Below are positions 24,900 through 37,675 of a stretch of 64,000 bases of DNA, piece after piece; the stretch's first letter is position 1; each line of letters starts with the position of its first letter. Both the position numbers and the translations under genes were made by a program. This DNA comes from Macrostomum lignano. Taxonomy: Eukaryota. The stretch is taken from NCBI GenBank assembly GCA_002269645.1, contig NIVC01001697.1, positions 1 to 64,000 on the forward strand. The letters run 5' to 3'. The notes beneath the pieces were generated by a model. It was not told where the DNA came from and ran no database searches. It saw only the letters and a list, made by a program, of their open reading frames with translations.

Positions 24900-26352
24900 A
24901 TCCCTAACACCTTGTAGCACCTTGATCTAACACCATGTGGCACCCTGACCCTAACAACCTGTAGCACCTTGATCTAACACCATGTGGCACCCTGACCCTG
25001 TAGCACCTTGATCTAACACCATGTGGCACCCTGACCCTAACACCCTGTAGCACCTTGATCTAACACCATGTGGCACCCTGACCCTGTAGCACCTTGATCT
25101 AACACCATGTGGCACCCTGACCCTGTGGCACCTTGATCTAACACCATGTGGCACCCTGACCCTGTAGCACCTTGATCTAACACCATGTGGCACCCTGACC
25201 CTAACGCCCTGTGGCACCTTGATCTAACAGCATGTGGCACCCTGACCCTAACACCCTGTAGCACCTTGATCTAACACCATGTGGCACCCTGACCCTGTAG
25301 CACCTTGATCTAACACCATGTGGCACCCTGACCCTAACGCCCTGTAGCACCTTGATCTAACACCATGTGGCACCCTGACCCTGTGGCACCTTGATCTAAC
25401 ACCCTGTGGCACCCTGGCCCTAACATCCTGTAGCACCTTGATCTAACACCCTGTGGCACCCTGGCCCTAACACCCTGTAGCACCTTGTTCTAACACCATG
25501 TGGCACCCTGACCCTGTAGCACCTTGATCTAACACCATGTGGCACCCTGACCCTGTGGCACCTTGATCTAACACCCTGTGGCACCCTGGCCCTAACATCC
25601 TGTAGCACCTTGATCTAACACCATGTGGCACCCTGACCCTAACACGATGTAGCACCTTGATCTAACACCATGTGGCACCCTGACCCTAACACCCTGTAGC
25701 ACCTTGATCTAACACCATGTGGCACCCTGACCCTGTAGCACCTTGATCTAACACCATGTGGCACCCTGACCCTAACACCTTGTGGCACCCTGACCCTAAC
25801 ACCGTGTGGCACCCTGACCCTAACACCCTGTGGCACCTGGCCCTAAAACCCTGTGGCACCCTGACCCTAACACCCTGTGGCACCCTGACCCTAACACCCT
25901 GTGGCACCCTGACCCTAACACCCTGTACTTCACTGGCCCTAACACCCTGTACTTTACTGGCCCTAACACCCTGTGGCACCCTGGCCCTAACACCCTGTGG
26001 CACCTGGCCCTAACACCCTGTGGCACCTGGCCCTAACACCCTGTGGCACCTGGCCCTAACACCCTGTGGCACCCTGGCCCTAACACCCTGTGGCACCCTG
26101 GCCCTAACACCCTGTGGCACCCTGGCCCTAACACCCTGTGGCACCTGGCCCTAACACCCTGTGGCACCCTGGCCCTAACACCCTGTGGCACCCTGGCCCT
26201 AACACCCTGTGGCACCCTGGCCCTAACACCCTGTGGCACCCTGGCCCTAACACCCTGTGGTACCCTGGCCCTAACACCCTGTGGCACCCTGGCCCTAACA
26301 CCCTGTGGCACCCTGGCCCTAACACCCTGTGGTACCCTGGCCCTAACACCCT
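24900..26352. repeat. 22-24-bp minisatellite, mixed on the left and homogeneous on the right (ctgtggcaccctggccctaacacc)
   Basis: Visible tandem units. Confidence 0.9.
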
Positions 26353-26354
26353 GT

Positions 26355-26610
26355 GGCGCCACAAACCCCTGGTTTGATCCGGTGCGCGCAACCCCACATT
26401 CATTTTGGCTCTTGTGTACACGAAAACTTCCTGATCAAGGCACAGAGAGAGTACATGCCTGACGATTAGAAAGTCAGGGCCGCTGTGCACCCTGTGTGAG
26501 CGTGTGTACGAGTGCGTGCATGCGTACAGTATTATCTTGCTCTTATCAGCTCCTATTAGCTCTTATCTTGCTCAAGATTATTTTGCTCAAGATTATCTTC
26601 ATGAATTGGC
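26355..26610 (+). mobile_element. Second copy of SINE family 1, 5' A box missing
   Basis: B-box-like GGTTTGATCC (26371-26380). gtacatgcctgacgattagaaagtcagggccgctgtgcac aligns with 12344-12385. Repetitive ttatcttgctc tail. Confidence 0.65.
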
Positions 26611-26785
26611 TTAATGGGCAGGATTACAGGACTGCAGGATTGTGAAGTTAACGTGTACGGATTACTACTAGCAATCAACGCCCCCCCTTTAGGGAGCCAA
26701 AAAATGCAGTACAAGTTTTCTAATAAACTGCATGTAGCGTTGCTTTGCAATATACCTCGCAGTCCCTTGTAAGCTTTGATATCTC

Positions 26786-29700
26786 AACAACAACAACAAC
26801 AGAGTACGCTGCCAGTTCACAAAAGCAGCGTCAGATGGCGCGCTTCAAAGCTTGGGCGCGAACAAAAGCCGCACCGCCGGCAGAGTCCGGGGCGCCGGCG
26901 TCAGCCAACAGACAGTCGACGTAGCGCCGAGTCCTCGCCTGTCCCCGCCGGTAGGGTGCCTGCAACGTAAGTAGCAGCACCTCCTGCACCGGCTCCGGAC
27001 AGTAGGCCTCGGCGCGGATGACGTGGCCTGCCAGCTGGAGTCGCCGACGGCGCAGCAGATCGCTAGGACGGGCCAGGCCGGCGCGATGATAGAGCGCCGT
27101 GTTGGTGACTCGCTCGTTGCCGATCTTGAAGGCGGCGCGCAGCAGGCCAGCGTGCGCCGCGTCGACTTGAGCCTCGAGCGAGTCTGTCAGCGTCCAGGTC
27201 TCGGCGTTGTATAACAGGACGGTCTCGATCACCGCCTGGAACAGCGCCGCCCTCTGGCGGTCCGGTAGGGCCTCGGACTGCAGGACTGACCTTATAGAAC
27301 GAAAGGCAGCCCAAGCAAGTCCACGGCGACGCCGCAGATCCTCGCGGACGTCGGGAACCAGACCGCCGAGGTAGACGAACTGCTGACATCTTGGAAGCTC
27401 ACTCGCCTGTCCGTCAGCGCCTCGGCAGAAGATTGCAGCCTCGGTGTCGTCCGGCACGCATAGCACGACGGTCTTCTGCGTGTTGACCACCAGGCCGACG
27501 CTCGCCGCAACGGCAACCAGCCTATCCAGCTGTCGTTGGGCGCCCTCGACGGTCGAGGACAGCAGGGCGAGGTCATCGGCGTAGCCAAGCACGCTGAGCC
27601 GTCTCTCCGGTTGGCGTCGACCCACGCGTCGCCGCAGCAGGAAGCCGTCGTCGTTGGAAGGCAGAGCAGTCCGTAGCACCCAGTCAAGCACCAGAATAAA
27701 TAGGAACGGCGCTAGCGTATCTCCCTGGAGCACCCCGGAGGATGTCTCGAAGAAATCCGATAGGCCGTCCGGTGTTGAGACAGCAGCCGTCGTGCCGTGG
27801 TACAGCGCCATGACAGCAGAAATCAGCAGGTCTGGCACGTTGTACGCACGGAGCACCTCTGGGAGCGCGTCCCTCACGACCGAGTCGAAAGCCTTCCTGA
27901 AATCGACGAAGATCAGGATCAGGGTCAACTGGCGGATGCGCGCCTCCTCGATGACTCGTCGAAGAGCCAGGATCTGCGTCACTGTGCCGCGATGGGGCCG
28001 GAATCCGTTCTGCTCAGGTCGCAGGTACGGGTCCAGCACAGGCTGTAACCGCGATAGCAGCATGCGGTTGAACAGCTTCGCGGCGCAGGACTGTAGGCAG
28101 ATGCCTCGATGCTCCTCGAGCTTGGTGGTGCCCGGCTTCTTTGGAATGGCGACGATGTGCGCCGTGGTCCATTCGTTTGGCGCCACCTCACCGAAAAGCA
28201 CGCGGTTCATCACTCTGGCGACCTCAGTGGCCACGCAGTGGATCCGCAGCGCCTCGGTGGGCACCTCGTCCGGACCAAGCGCTTTGCCGCCCGGCGTCTG
28301 CCGAGCGAACTTCACAACGTCGGCTGTGCTGACTGGGGCAACATTGAAGCTCTCCTCCGCCGGCAACGGCGTCTCCGGCGGCAGCCTCAGATTTTCTGGA
28401 AGCGGAGGGGCGGCGCGTTGACAATGGCGGCGAAGAACTCGCGCAGCTCGTTCCTGCGCTCATCCGGAGTGTCGCCTGCCAGGTTGAGCGCAATGCGCCG
28501 CTTTCGCCCCGTCAGAGTGTTGATGGCGGACCAGGCCACGCGCCCTCTGGCATCGGGCCCTGCGGCAGAGACGGCTTGGATGGCGTCATCGACAGCGGAC
28601 TGCTGCCGCTGCAGGTAGACAGCCGCCAGAGCCTCCTCCGCCTCGCGAGTTGGCCGCCCACTCAGACGAAGCCTCTCCAGATCTTCCCTCGCTTCGTCGA
28701 TCGCGGGGTCGTCCTGCCAGACCGGCTGCCCGCGCTGGGCCGGTCGCATCAGCGGGACTGCTTGCTCCGCAGCGGCTCGAACTGCAGCGCTCACCTCCGC
28801 GTACTCGGCTCCTCCACGCTTGTCGCCCAGCGCAGTGACAAAGGCACCGGCAAAGCGACGTCGCGTCTCGGCGTCTCTGAGCGCGCGGTAGTAGCGCCGC
28901 GGTGGCCGCTTTGGCGGACGGTAGAGCGGGTCCCGAAGCCGAAGGTCGCAGATGAGCAGCCGATGGTCGGACCGCAGAGCCAGCGGCGTAATGGTGTGGC
29001 AGTTGGTGACGCGGCGGCGCTCACGAAAGCGCACAAGCACGTGGTCGAGCTGTGCCAGCCTCCGCGTAGCGTTCCGGCCACGCGCGTTCCGCCGCCTCCG
29101 CTTGCAGCCCACGAAGGTCGCGAGCCTGCCCGGCGACTTGCGGAATCTGGTGTTGGCCGACACCATGTCCTGTCTCTCCAGGAAGTCCTCTAGCGCTCCG
29201 GTGTTGCCGTTCTCGCGCGCTGTCACAAACAGCGATCGCTCGGACCTACGCAGAACTGCGTTCAGGTCTCCGAGAATGACCACTGTGTCACGTTGCGCCA
29301 TCTCCTCCACCCGCACCGAGAGTTGCTCGAAAAAGGCCTGAGCCTCATCGGAGCGGGTAGCAGGCGGCGCATACGCGCAGAACAGGCGGGTGTTCCGGCC
29401 GCGAAGCCGGACGTCGACCCGAAGCAGCCGAGAAGACAGGGAGATGCAGCGACAGCTCTGCTGCAGCCTCGGTCCGATCAGCGCTCCAACTCCTCCACGG
29501 CCTCGCTCATCCGCTGAGGTGTACCAGAGTGTCCAACCGGCGCCCAGGTCCTCACAGTGAAGTCCGGGGTCGGCTCTGATAGACACCTCCTGTAGTGCGA
29601 TGACATCACAGCTGAGGTCGAGCGCTAGCCTCGCCAGCAGCCCTCTCCGCCATGTGGCCTTGAGAGTGCGGCAGTTCAGCGTCCCGACCCGAAGCGTGCC

Positions 29701-29960
29701 CTCTGGTACGGCTGGGGCTCGATGCTGGTGAGCCTCATGGTCCCCGGCGCCACCCGGAAGATCCAATTGGGCCAGCGCAGCAGCAGCTCGGCGGGCGGCG
29801 CCACGTTGCTGACCTCGCCAGTTTCGCTCGCGACGGCGTTCAACTCGCCGACGCGCGCTCCGCTGCCCTCGCTTGGTCCTGCCGCATTTGGCCGCCGCAG
29901 CAGTTAAGCGCGGCTCTCCACTCTCACCACGAGGAGGTAGCGGCATTTATCTGCACCGTG
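26786..29960 (-). mobile_element. Near full-length non-LTR retrotransposon (APE + RT, RTE-like), one frameshift near 28405
   Basis: APE motifs GTLNCRTL, IALQE, GDLNA, LDHVLV and SDH in 29946-28387. RT motifs QNGFR, FVDFRKAFDSV, GVLQGDTLAPFLF and YADD in 28366-26831, followed by an RTE-type RRLQLAGHVIR C-terminus and a (TTG)n 3' tail at ~26786-26805. Clade assignment is moderate confidence. Confidence 0.93.
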
Positions 29961-30030
29961 GTGCAAATAAATTAAGACTGCAAATAAATTAAGACTGCAA
30001 ATAAATTAAGACTGCAAATAAATTAAGATT
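29958..30030. repeat. 17-bp tandem repeat (caaataaattaagactg) x4 at the LINE 5' end
   Basis: Visible tandem units. Confidence 0.85.
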
Positions 30031-30507
30031 TAAGATATAAATCTCAGCAATTCCCCCACAAGCCTTAACATATCAACCTCCCCCCTTGACATCTCAGCGA
30101 TGCCACCCATAATCCCAGAGCAACAGCTGCAGTAGCAGCTGCAAGCACAAGTTTGGTGTCAATTTAAAGCGGCAAATCTCTTGATCTTTCCAACGAATTC
30201 AGTCGCGTGGCCGTGTATTTTGATCATTTCATTCAAAAGTTGTGTGAAAACCCATCGCAATGCCACTGATTAAAAGTGTCAGAACTTTCCGGACACCCCT
30301 CGTCATTTCTGTACAATACAGCTCGTGTGTGGATCTTTAGCAGAAGGAAACTCGCCAAAACAGCTAGAGTCACATATGCTACTCAGGTTGTCTGCTTGCA
30401 TGGTCTCCGTATAAAAAATGAATGTTTTTGCTTTAACTACTAATCGATCAACGAAAATGAAATGCGTGCATACAGTACATGTAGGTGAGAAACTATAACC
30501 AAAGCTG

Positions 30508-31368
30508 CATGTACACTGTGGGGCGCGATGCCGCTGTTCGACACCGGACGGCCTATCGGACTTCTTTGAGACATCCTCCGGGGTGTTTCAGGGAGATACG
30601 CTTGCGCCGGTTCCTGTTCGTTCTGGTGCTTGGCTGGGTGCTGCGGACCGCTCTTCCTACCAACAACGATGCGGCTTCTGTTGCGGCGACGCGTGGGTCG
30701 ACGTCAACCAGAGAGGCGACTCGGCGTGCTTTGGCTACGCCGACGCTCTCGCCCTGCTGTCTTTAGTTGTCGAGGGCGCCCAGCGACAACTGGACAAGCT
30801 ATAGACTGTTGCGGCGAGTGTCGGCCTGGTGGTGTCGCTGCGGGCTTGCCTGGGCTGCCTTTCGTTCTGTGAGGGCAGTCCTGCAGTCTCAGGCCCTACC
30901 AGACCGCCTGAGGGCGATTGTTCCAGGCGGTGATCGAGACAGTTCTGCTGTACAAAGCCGAGACCTGGACACAGCTAACGGAGTCGCTCGAGCAACAAGT
31001 TGACGCGGCGCACGCTGGCCTGCTGCGCGCCGCCTTCAAGGTCGGCTACGAGCGAGTGACCAAAGCGGCTTTGTATCACCTCGCCGGCCTGGTCCGTCCA
31101 AGCGACCTGTTGCGCCGTCGGCGACTTCAGCTGGCAGGTCACATCATCCGCGCCGAGTCGTACTGCCCACAGCCGGTGCGGGAGGTGCTGCTGCTATATA
31201 ACGCTGCAGGCACCCTACCAGCGGGGGCAGGCCCGCAGTCGGCGTTTCGTCGACTGCCTGCTGGCTGACGCCAGCGCCCCGGATTCGGCTGGCGGCGTGG
31301 CGTTCATTCGCGACCTGGCCTTGAGGCGCGCCCCGTGACGCTGAACGCGTATTCTGTTTTTGTTGTTA
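30508..31368 (+). mobile_element. 5'-truncated, internally deleted copy of the same RTE-like LINE, opposite orientation
   Basis: Direct similarity to 27800-26790 (GVFQGDTLAP, YAD, GLAWAAF, FQAVIETVLLY, RRLQLAGHIIRAE), with a TTG-like tail at ~31355-31368 and frameshifts. Confidence 0.9.
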
Positions 31369-32440
31369 TCTATGTCCTGTGCGGTTTCCGGAACCCCCAC
31401 TGGTCTTAAAATCGGGTACAACGAGCTACATACGCATGGAATTTCATTTTTCAATTTATTAACACTTCTCTTGGTTGTAAGTGCCATTTTTTATGGAAAA
31501 TCAACAATGTTATTGTCCCGGTTCTTTATCTACTGAAGTATAATCAACAAAACTAGAAGTCGCCAACCTTGAGAGTACGCGGTGAATTCTAGCTCTATTG
31601 ACTTTTGACTTTTGAGTGACACAACTTGCGCCACGCGACGCAGAGTTGGGCTGGGAAGAGCGGAGGGCGAATATTGGATGATGGATTGAAGCTTCCGCCC
31701 GGTTTCATTGTTTTTTTCAAGCATTTTTTATTATCAAAATGGTTGGCCAGGTGACAAACGCTGGTCAAAATACACTGCTCACTGGGGCAAAGGGTGGCCA
31801 CTTTTCCATATTGCTGAGTATATTTACTTGTTTGCATTTTGAAAAGTTCATTTTTAGCAAATTTTTTGTTGATTGATGACTTATTTCACTGTCCTAACAA
31901 CTCCCTGATTCACCCATGCAAAAATGAATGTCTGACTTATGAATCGAAAATAAAAACAAATTATTAGCGCCTGCCTGCAACTTGTGAAAATAGAATGTCC
32001 CCTCCTTACTTTGTACATTGAACTGAAGTACATGAAGTATAGGCTGTCTTAACTTAGAGATGAGTTGATTACCACTAAAAGGAATTTGGTCGGTGGTTAT
32101 TTTTCGCACCGGTCTTAAAATCCAGTCCAAACAAAACAGGACCCTTAAAGCCATTTAGCGAAGCCAATCTCTTACTCTAAACTCTGCCAGCCAATGAGCG
32201 TTTAGCTAGGGGCAAGAGAGTGAAAAGTCATTTCATCACCCCCAACCCACCCACCCCATACAGCTGAAACACCAATCACAAGCCCTCTATCTAGACCTCT
32301 CTATCGCTTATTTAAACGACAGGGACTGCCCTTTGATTTCACTTACCAAGGCCCACGGCTCGCAACGTCAACGTCGTATCAAGCGCAACTACCCAATCTA
32401 AGTTAGCTCCAGCCCGCAACCTGCTGCTCAACTAAAACAA

Positions 32441-32906
32441 ATGGCCAACAAGCGAGATTTCAGCAACCCAATCAGCGAATGCGACAACGGCGACGGCAGT
32501 AATACGCAGATCTTCCACATTGTGCCTGGCACCGACATTTCCGTTGGCAAAGTTGGTAAGGAACACAATTTCTATGTAGATTTTCCTGTTTAGGTCTTCG
32601 CAAATAGCTAACTTTAGTTCGTAAAGTACTAATTGGTGATGGCTAATTTATTTCCCCTTTTTATCTCCCAATCCACACAGTTCGCAAGCCTGAGGAAGGT
32701 GCCGAGCCTGAAAAAGAAGTGCCTGCTCACCTGCAGAAGATCCGTCAGTACTTTGGCAAATGTGAGCACTTATTTTTGTAGTAGCTTTTTATCTAACAAA
32801 CTCTGATTTTTTTCAAGTGCGTTTAATCCGTCGCCCCCTTGCCTCCTCATTCTGAACACCTGCAGTTGCCGATTACGAGGACGGGTCCGAGAACAAGCAG
32901 AAGTGA
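32441..32906 (+). CDS. Small 3-exon gene, 78-aa protein of unknown family; exons 32441-32555, 32681-32761, 32866-32906
   Basis: Strong splice sites (G|gtaagg, cacag|, T|gtgagc, ctgcag|) with matching phases give 237 nt: MANKRDFSNPISECDNGDGSNTQIFHIVPGTDISVGKVVRKPEEGAEPEKEVPAHLQKIRQYFGKFADYEDGSENKQK*. Not in the ORF track. Confidence 0.75.
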
Positions 32907-33753
32907 ACGGCTACAAGGCTACGAATCTAATTCTATAGTTGCTGATGACTGCTTCTTAATATTTTATTATGCCTGTATAACATGGTTGTTTTTTAAATGA
33001 CCGCTTATTCAACAAATACATTGAAGAAGTGCGAGTTCGTTTTCCGTTTTTAAGATTCTCGATGACATTTTCTGTACTTAAAATTGAGGTGCGTCTCTTC
33101 AGTTTTGGTTATTATATTTTGATGGCCTTTGCTTAGCTCGTAGCTTGTATACACTCAATAGTGAATTCTTTCAAAGACCCTTCAGTTGATAGCCAACTCT
33201 CTTTTAGAGGCCGTAGAAGCCCTCTACTCTTAACTATATGTATAGGCATGCACATTACATCGCATCGCACCGTGCTCATTGTTTTGCTAGCTATGCTCAA
33301 GTTAAATTTCTTTCCGTTTGAAATTTCTTCTAGTTCTGTTCTACCACTAAACTGAGTACGCTGCAAAACCAGGCCTTATAATGAGTGGAAGTCCTCTAGG
33401 TGTATATATTAGGCTCAATTTGGACACTGGAATTTGTTCTAACTAGCTTTAACCAGCTTTTCTCTTAATTTTTGAAAAACCAAGCCTCTCCATGGGGCGT
33501 CTGAAGTCTATAATAAAATCCCACTCCAAGCAAAACTCTTTGACGTCTCGAAGGCCGAGAAAGAGGTGAGTTTTCTTCAGAATGATCTACAAGAAAGATC
33601 GTGTATTACGTAGTCTATACGTCTAGGACGGCTTTGTCTATGGTAAAACCAGCTATCGCCAGCAATGAAGAATCGCATGCTAATGCTGGTAACGAAAGCC
33701 ACAACCAATCGACAATTTTTTTACGCACAAGCCCCAAATTAAGGTAACCGCTC

Positions 33754-36700
33754 ATGGAAACAAACCCCGCTGAGTTGCTCTGCAAAATTGAAGCTGCCAC
33801 CCCGATGAAGAATCCAGTGCAAACAATGACTCCTCAGAGTGAAAGTTTTCTATCCCTATTCCAGACAGCCAAGCCAGCTGGCATTCACAGCCAATCATCG
33901 AGCTTCAACTTGCAGCTCAATTCTGCAGTCCCTGCTCACTCTATACGGTTTGGTTGTGCTCATGCACGGCGTGGTCATTCCCATCAGCGACGCCCTGGCC
34001 AAGCCCGTGGAGCATGCCGCCTACAGGCAGGTGAGATACAGCACAGATTGGCCTACGTATAATAACTTATGGGAGCAATCCCTCCAATATCACTGAGCAG
34101 ACGCGTGATTGGGTGACAGATTTCCAAAATCACTGAGCAGTGTGATTGAGTGACAAATTTCCAAAATCACTGAGCAGTGTGATTGGGTGACAGATTTCCA
34201 AAATCACTGAGCACTGTGATTGAGTGACAGATTTCCAAAATCACTGAGCACTGTGATTGGGTGACAGATTTCCAAAATCACTGAGCAGTGATTGGGTGAC
34301 AGATTTATAAAATGACTGACCAGTGCAGTGACTGGGTGACTTAGTCTTTCCAAACACTGGGGTCCCCCCATTTGAACACCCCGCAGATGTTCTACATCTT
34401 CATGCACGGAGTCGGCATCATCTGCATCATTTATCTCAACTCGCTGATTTCGCTGCACCAGCGTCGAGCTAAAAAGCGTGCCCAGCGATTTGCCACCGCC
34501 GCTGCCGCGTTCTCCTCCGAGGGGCTGAGCGTCGGCCACAGCCCGCAGACGGTCGAAATCCCAATGGCGCACCTTCAGGAGGCCGCCGCCGATGCGCCGG
34601 AGACAGACCCGGTCAGCCCAGACCTTCCGCACAACGGCGCCGATCATCAAGGCACTGTCCCTCTGGCCACCACGGAGGCCGACGCCGCCGATGAAGGCCT
34701 TCTATCCACAGCACCTGACATCGGCGGCGCCGCCGGATCGCAGATCTACAGACCGCGCCGTCGCATGCTGAAACGAAATCCGCTGGTGACAGACTTACCT
34801 CCTGTGCTTGTCAGTGGTAGGAGAGCCGGCCAGGTCGACGAGCGCTACCTGGCGTCGCCCGATGGCGAGGGGCCGGACACTCCAGGCGAGTCGGACGCAC
34901 TCTGTCAGAGCTCATTCTTGAAGATTTCTCCTTCATGCTTGGCCTTCCTCAGAAAATGTCACCTGCCTTTAATTTGAGTCATTCATCCTTAAGCGTCAAA
35001 GGGTTTTTTTCTAATATTCTTCGTTATTGTTAAATTTGGCTTTATTGTTAAGCCCAGGGGTGTCGCCACCGGGGGGACAGGGGGGACATGTCCCTCCCCC
35101 CCCAAGTAAAAGCCACTTACCTTGTGACCCGATGTGGAAATCAATAATTTTGTTTTAGGGCACCAAACTGAGTGCCTGTGGCGCCAAAATGAAAGCCTGT
35201 CTGTGGCGCCAAAATGAGTGCCTGTCTGTGGCGCCAAAATGAGTGCCTGTCTGTGGCGCCAAAATGAGTGCCTGCAGCGCCAAAATGAGTGCCTGCAGCG
35301 CCAAAATGAGTGCCTACCTGTGGCGCCAAAATTAGCGCTGAAGCAGACTGTGCATAAAGTACATACTAGAGCTACATACCATATTGAATAACTATTGGTG
35401 TTATCTCAAAAAAATGCGCTTTATATACTAATTTTCAATAGTAATAATCGCGTTTTTTTACTTTTAAATCTATATACTAAAATTGAACCTCGTTAGTTGA
35501 CCGACTTAGTAAAACTAAAAATATAGTAAACGTTGCAAGATACGCTCGTATTTAGAGTTACTAGAGCAGCAGCAATCGCATTTGGCTTTCTCGCAGAATT
35601 GACCCGTTATATCAGCATCTTCACCCTGTTTTACCCAACTCCAGACGTGCCTCAGAATCGAAATTATTTTTAAAAATCAATTTAAAACCGAGGTTGCAGG
35701 AAAACCTAAAAACCCAAATCCAGGGCGTGTGCACAAGCGAGCAATAAAAAAGGGTGGCGCCCCAGCCAGGCCAATAAACAGTTTAGGCTTTGCTCTAGCT
35801 AGCTTGTGTCTGATTTTAACCTCTCTCCTTACTGCTCTCTCATTGGCTGAGCTAGATTTGGCCTGGCCCCTAGGCTGAGTTTCGTCCGTCTGACTTTGCC
35901 CTCTCTCCCTACTGCTCTCTCATTGGCTGAGCTGGATTTGTACTGCCCAATAGGCAGTTCGGCCGTCTGGCGTTCACTCGTGTTGTACATCGAGTTAAAT
36001 GCTTATTGTTCATTCTTAACCCCATATGCCGCAAACCCCTAGGAAGGAAAGGAAGTTTTTGCTGTCAGATTAAATTTAGGTGACTCTGCGCAGAAAAACT
36101 ACTGAAAAAGAGTATACGCTCTAATTTTGTGCAGATTTTGTTGCGGTTGACGTATCCAGAATGCACCAATGATTAATCGAAATGTAACACTCGTATCTGC
36201 AGCTTGAATTGGCACTAAGGCCATGTTGCAACAAAAATGGGCTAATCCTATAGTATTCTATCATTGAAAATATCACTCAGACTTCACTAACGCGATGCAA
36301 TTTTGCACCGTTGCACCCACGCAGAGTCACCCTTCACACCCAGCGCATTAAAGGTCAATCCCATCACGCAATCGGAGACTGGGATTAACTTGTACCTGCG
36401 ACTTGGTGCCATTGGTGAGTGCATCATGTATTTCATTTCGAATCGAATAATGAATACATAAACTTTATTTCTCCGCAACACTTTATCTCATAATTTTTCA
36501 GTGTTTGGTTTTGGGGTCATGATTCACGACGGCTTCAAAATCTCGGAGGTGATCGAGCGGAAGGGCCTGGCGGCCTGCCATGACATGTGGTTCATTCCCA
36601 AGCAGGTGGTTCACCTGGTTTTCATCATGGCCCAAACCTATTACCTGTTCAAGCATCACAGGGTGAGCCCTTGGCTTCCGTCTCTAGAAGCTAACATGTA

Positions 36701-37644
36701 CATTTTTCTGTGATTATTCACAAATGTTTTAGGTAGACTTTAGGGAACTAGCGACTCCCATTTGCCATCATCAGATTACGTTCAATACGCAGCTGCTGCT
36801 GACTCGGTTCATGATGGTGCACCTGATTGTCACCAACCTGTGCATCTGGGTCAAGACTGTCATCTATGAAATCAAGGTGGGCCTCACCGCCGACAGTCAC
36901 AATGCGTTAAAGAGTCACCCAGACGGTGGTGTTGAAAATTACACTGGCAATGGTACAGGTGAGTGAGTGAGCGAGTGAGTGAGTGAGCGAGCGAGTGAGT
37001 GAATGAGTGAGTGAGTGAGTGAGTGAGTGAGTGAGTGAGTGAGTGAGTGAGTGAGTGAGTGAGTGAGTGAGTGAGTGAGTGAGTGAGTGAGCGAGTGGGT
37101 GAGTGAGTGAGTGAGTGAGTGAGTGAGCGAGTGAGTGAGTGAGCGAGTGGGTGAATGAGTGAGTGAGTGAGTGAGTGAGCGAGTGAGTGAGTGAGCGAGT
37201 GGGTGAGTGAGCGAGTGAGTGAGCGAGTGGGTGAGTGAGTGAGTGAGTGAGTGAGTGAGCGAGTTGGTGAGTGAGTGAGTGAGTGAGTGAGCGAGTGAGT
37301 GAGTGAGTGAGTGAGTGAGCGAGTGAGTGAGTGAGCGAGTGAGTGAGTGAGCGAGTGGGTGAGTGAGTGAGTGAGTGAGTGAGTGAGCGAGTGAGTGAGT
37401 GAGCGAGTGGGTGAATGAGTGAGTGAGTGAGTGAGTGAGCGAGTGAGTGAGTGAGCGAGTGGGTGAGTGAGCGAGTGAGTGAGTGAGTGAGTGAGTGAGT
37501 GAGTGAGTGAGTGAGTGAGTGAGTGAGTGAGTGAGTGAATGAGTGAGTGAGTGAGTGAGCGAGTGAGTGAGTGGGTGAGTGAGTGAGCGAGTGAGTGAGT
37601 GAGCGAGTGAGTGAGTGAGCGAGTGGGTGAGTGAGTGAGTGAGT

Positions 37645-37675
<31 letters not shown>

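Noticed and set aside
24900-26352. CCCTAA motifs suggesting interstitial telomeric repeats or a CRISPR-like array
   Set aside because: CCCTAA is embedded singly in 22-24-bp units, and there are no unique spacers between repeats.
27023-29907. Many overlapping plus-strand ORFs opposite the LINE, Otop and UPF0489 exons
   Set aside because: Antisense shadows of GC-rich coding sequence.
30284-30303. Mariner-like TIR (reverse complement ACGAGGGGTGTCCGGAAAGT)
   Set aside because: No partner TIR, TA target or transposase in the window.
35050-35110. CAGGGGTGTCGCCACC MITE-like terminus
   Set aside because: No matching second terminus was found.
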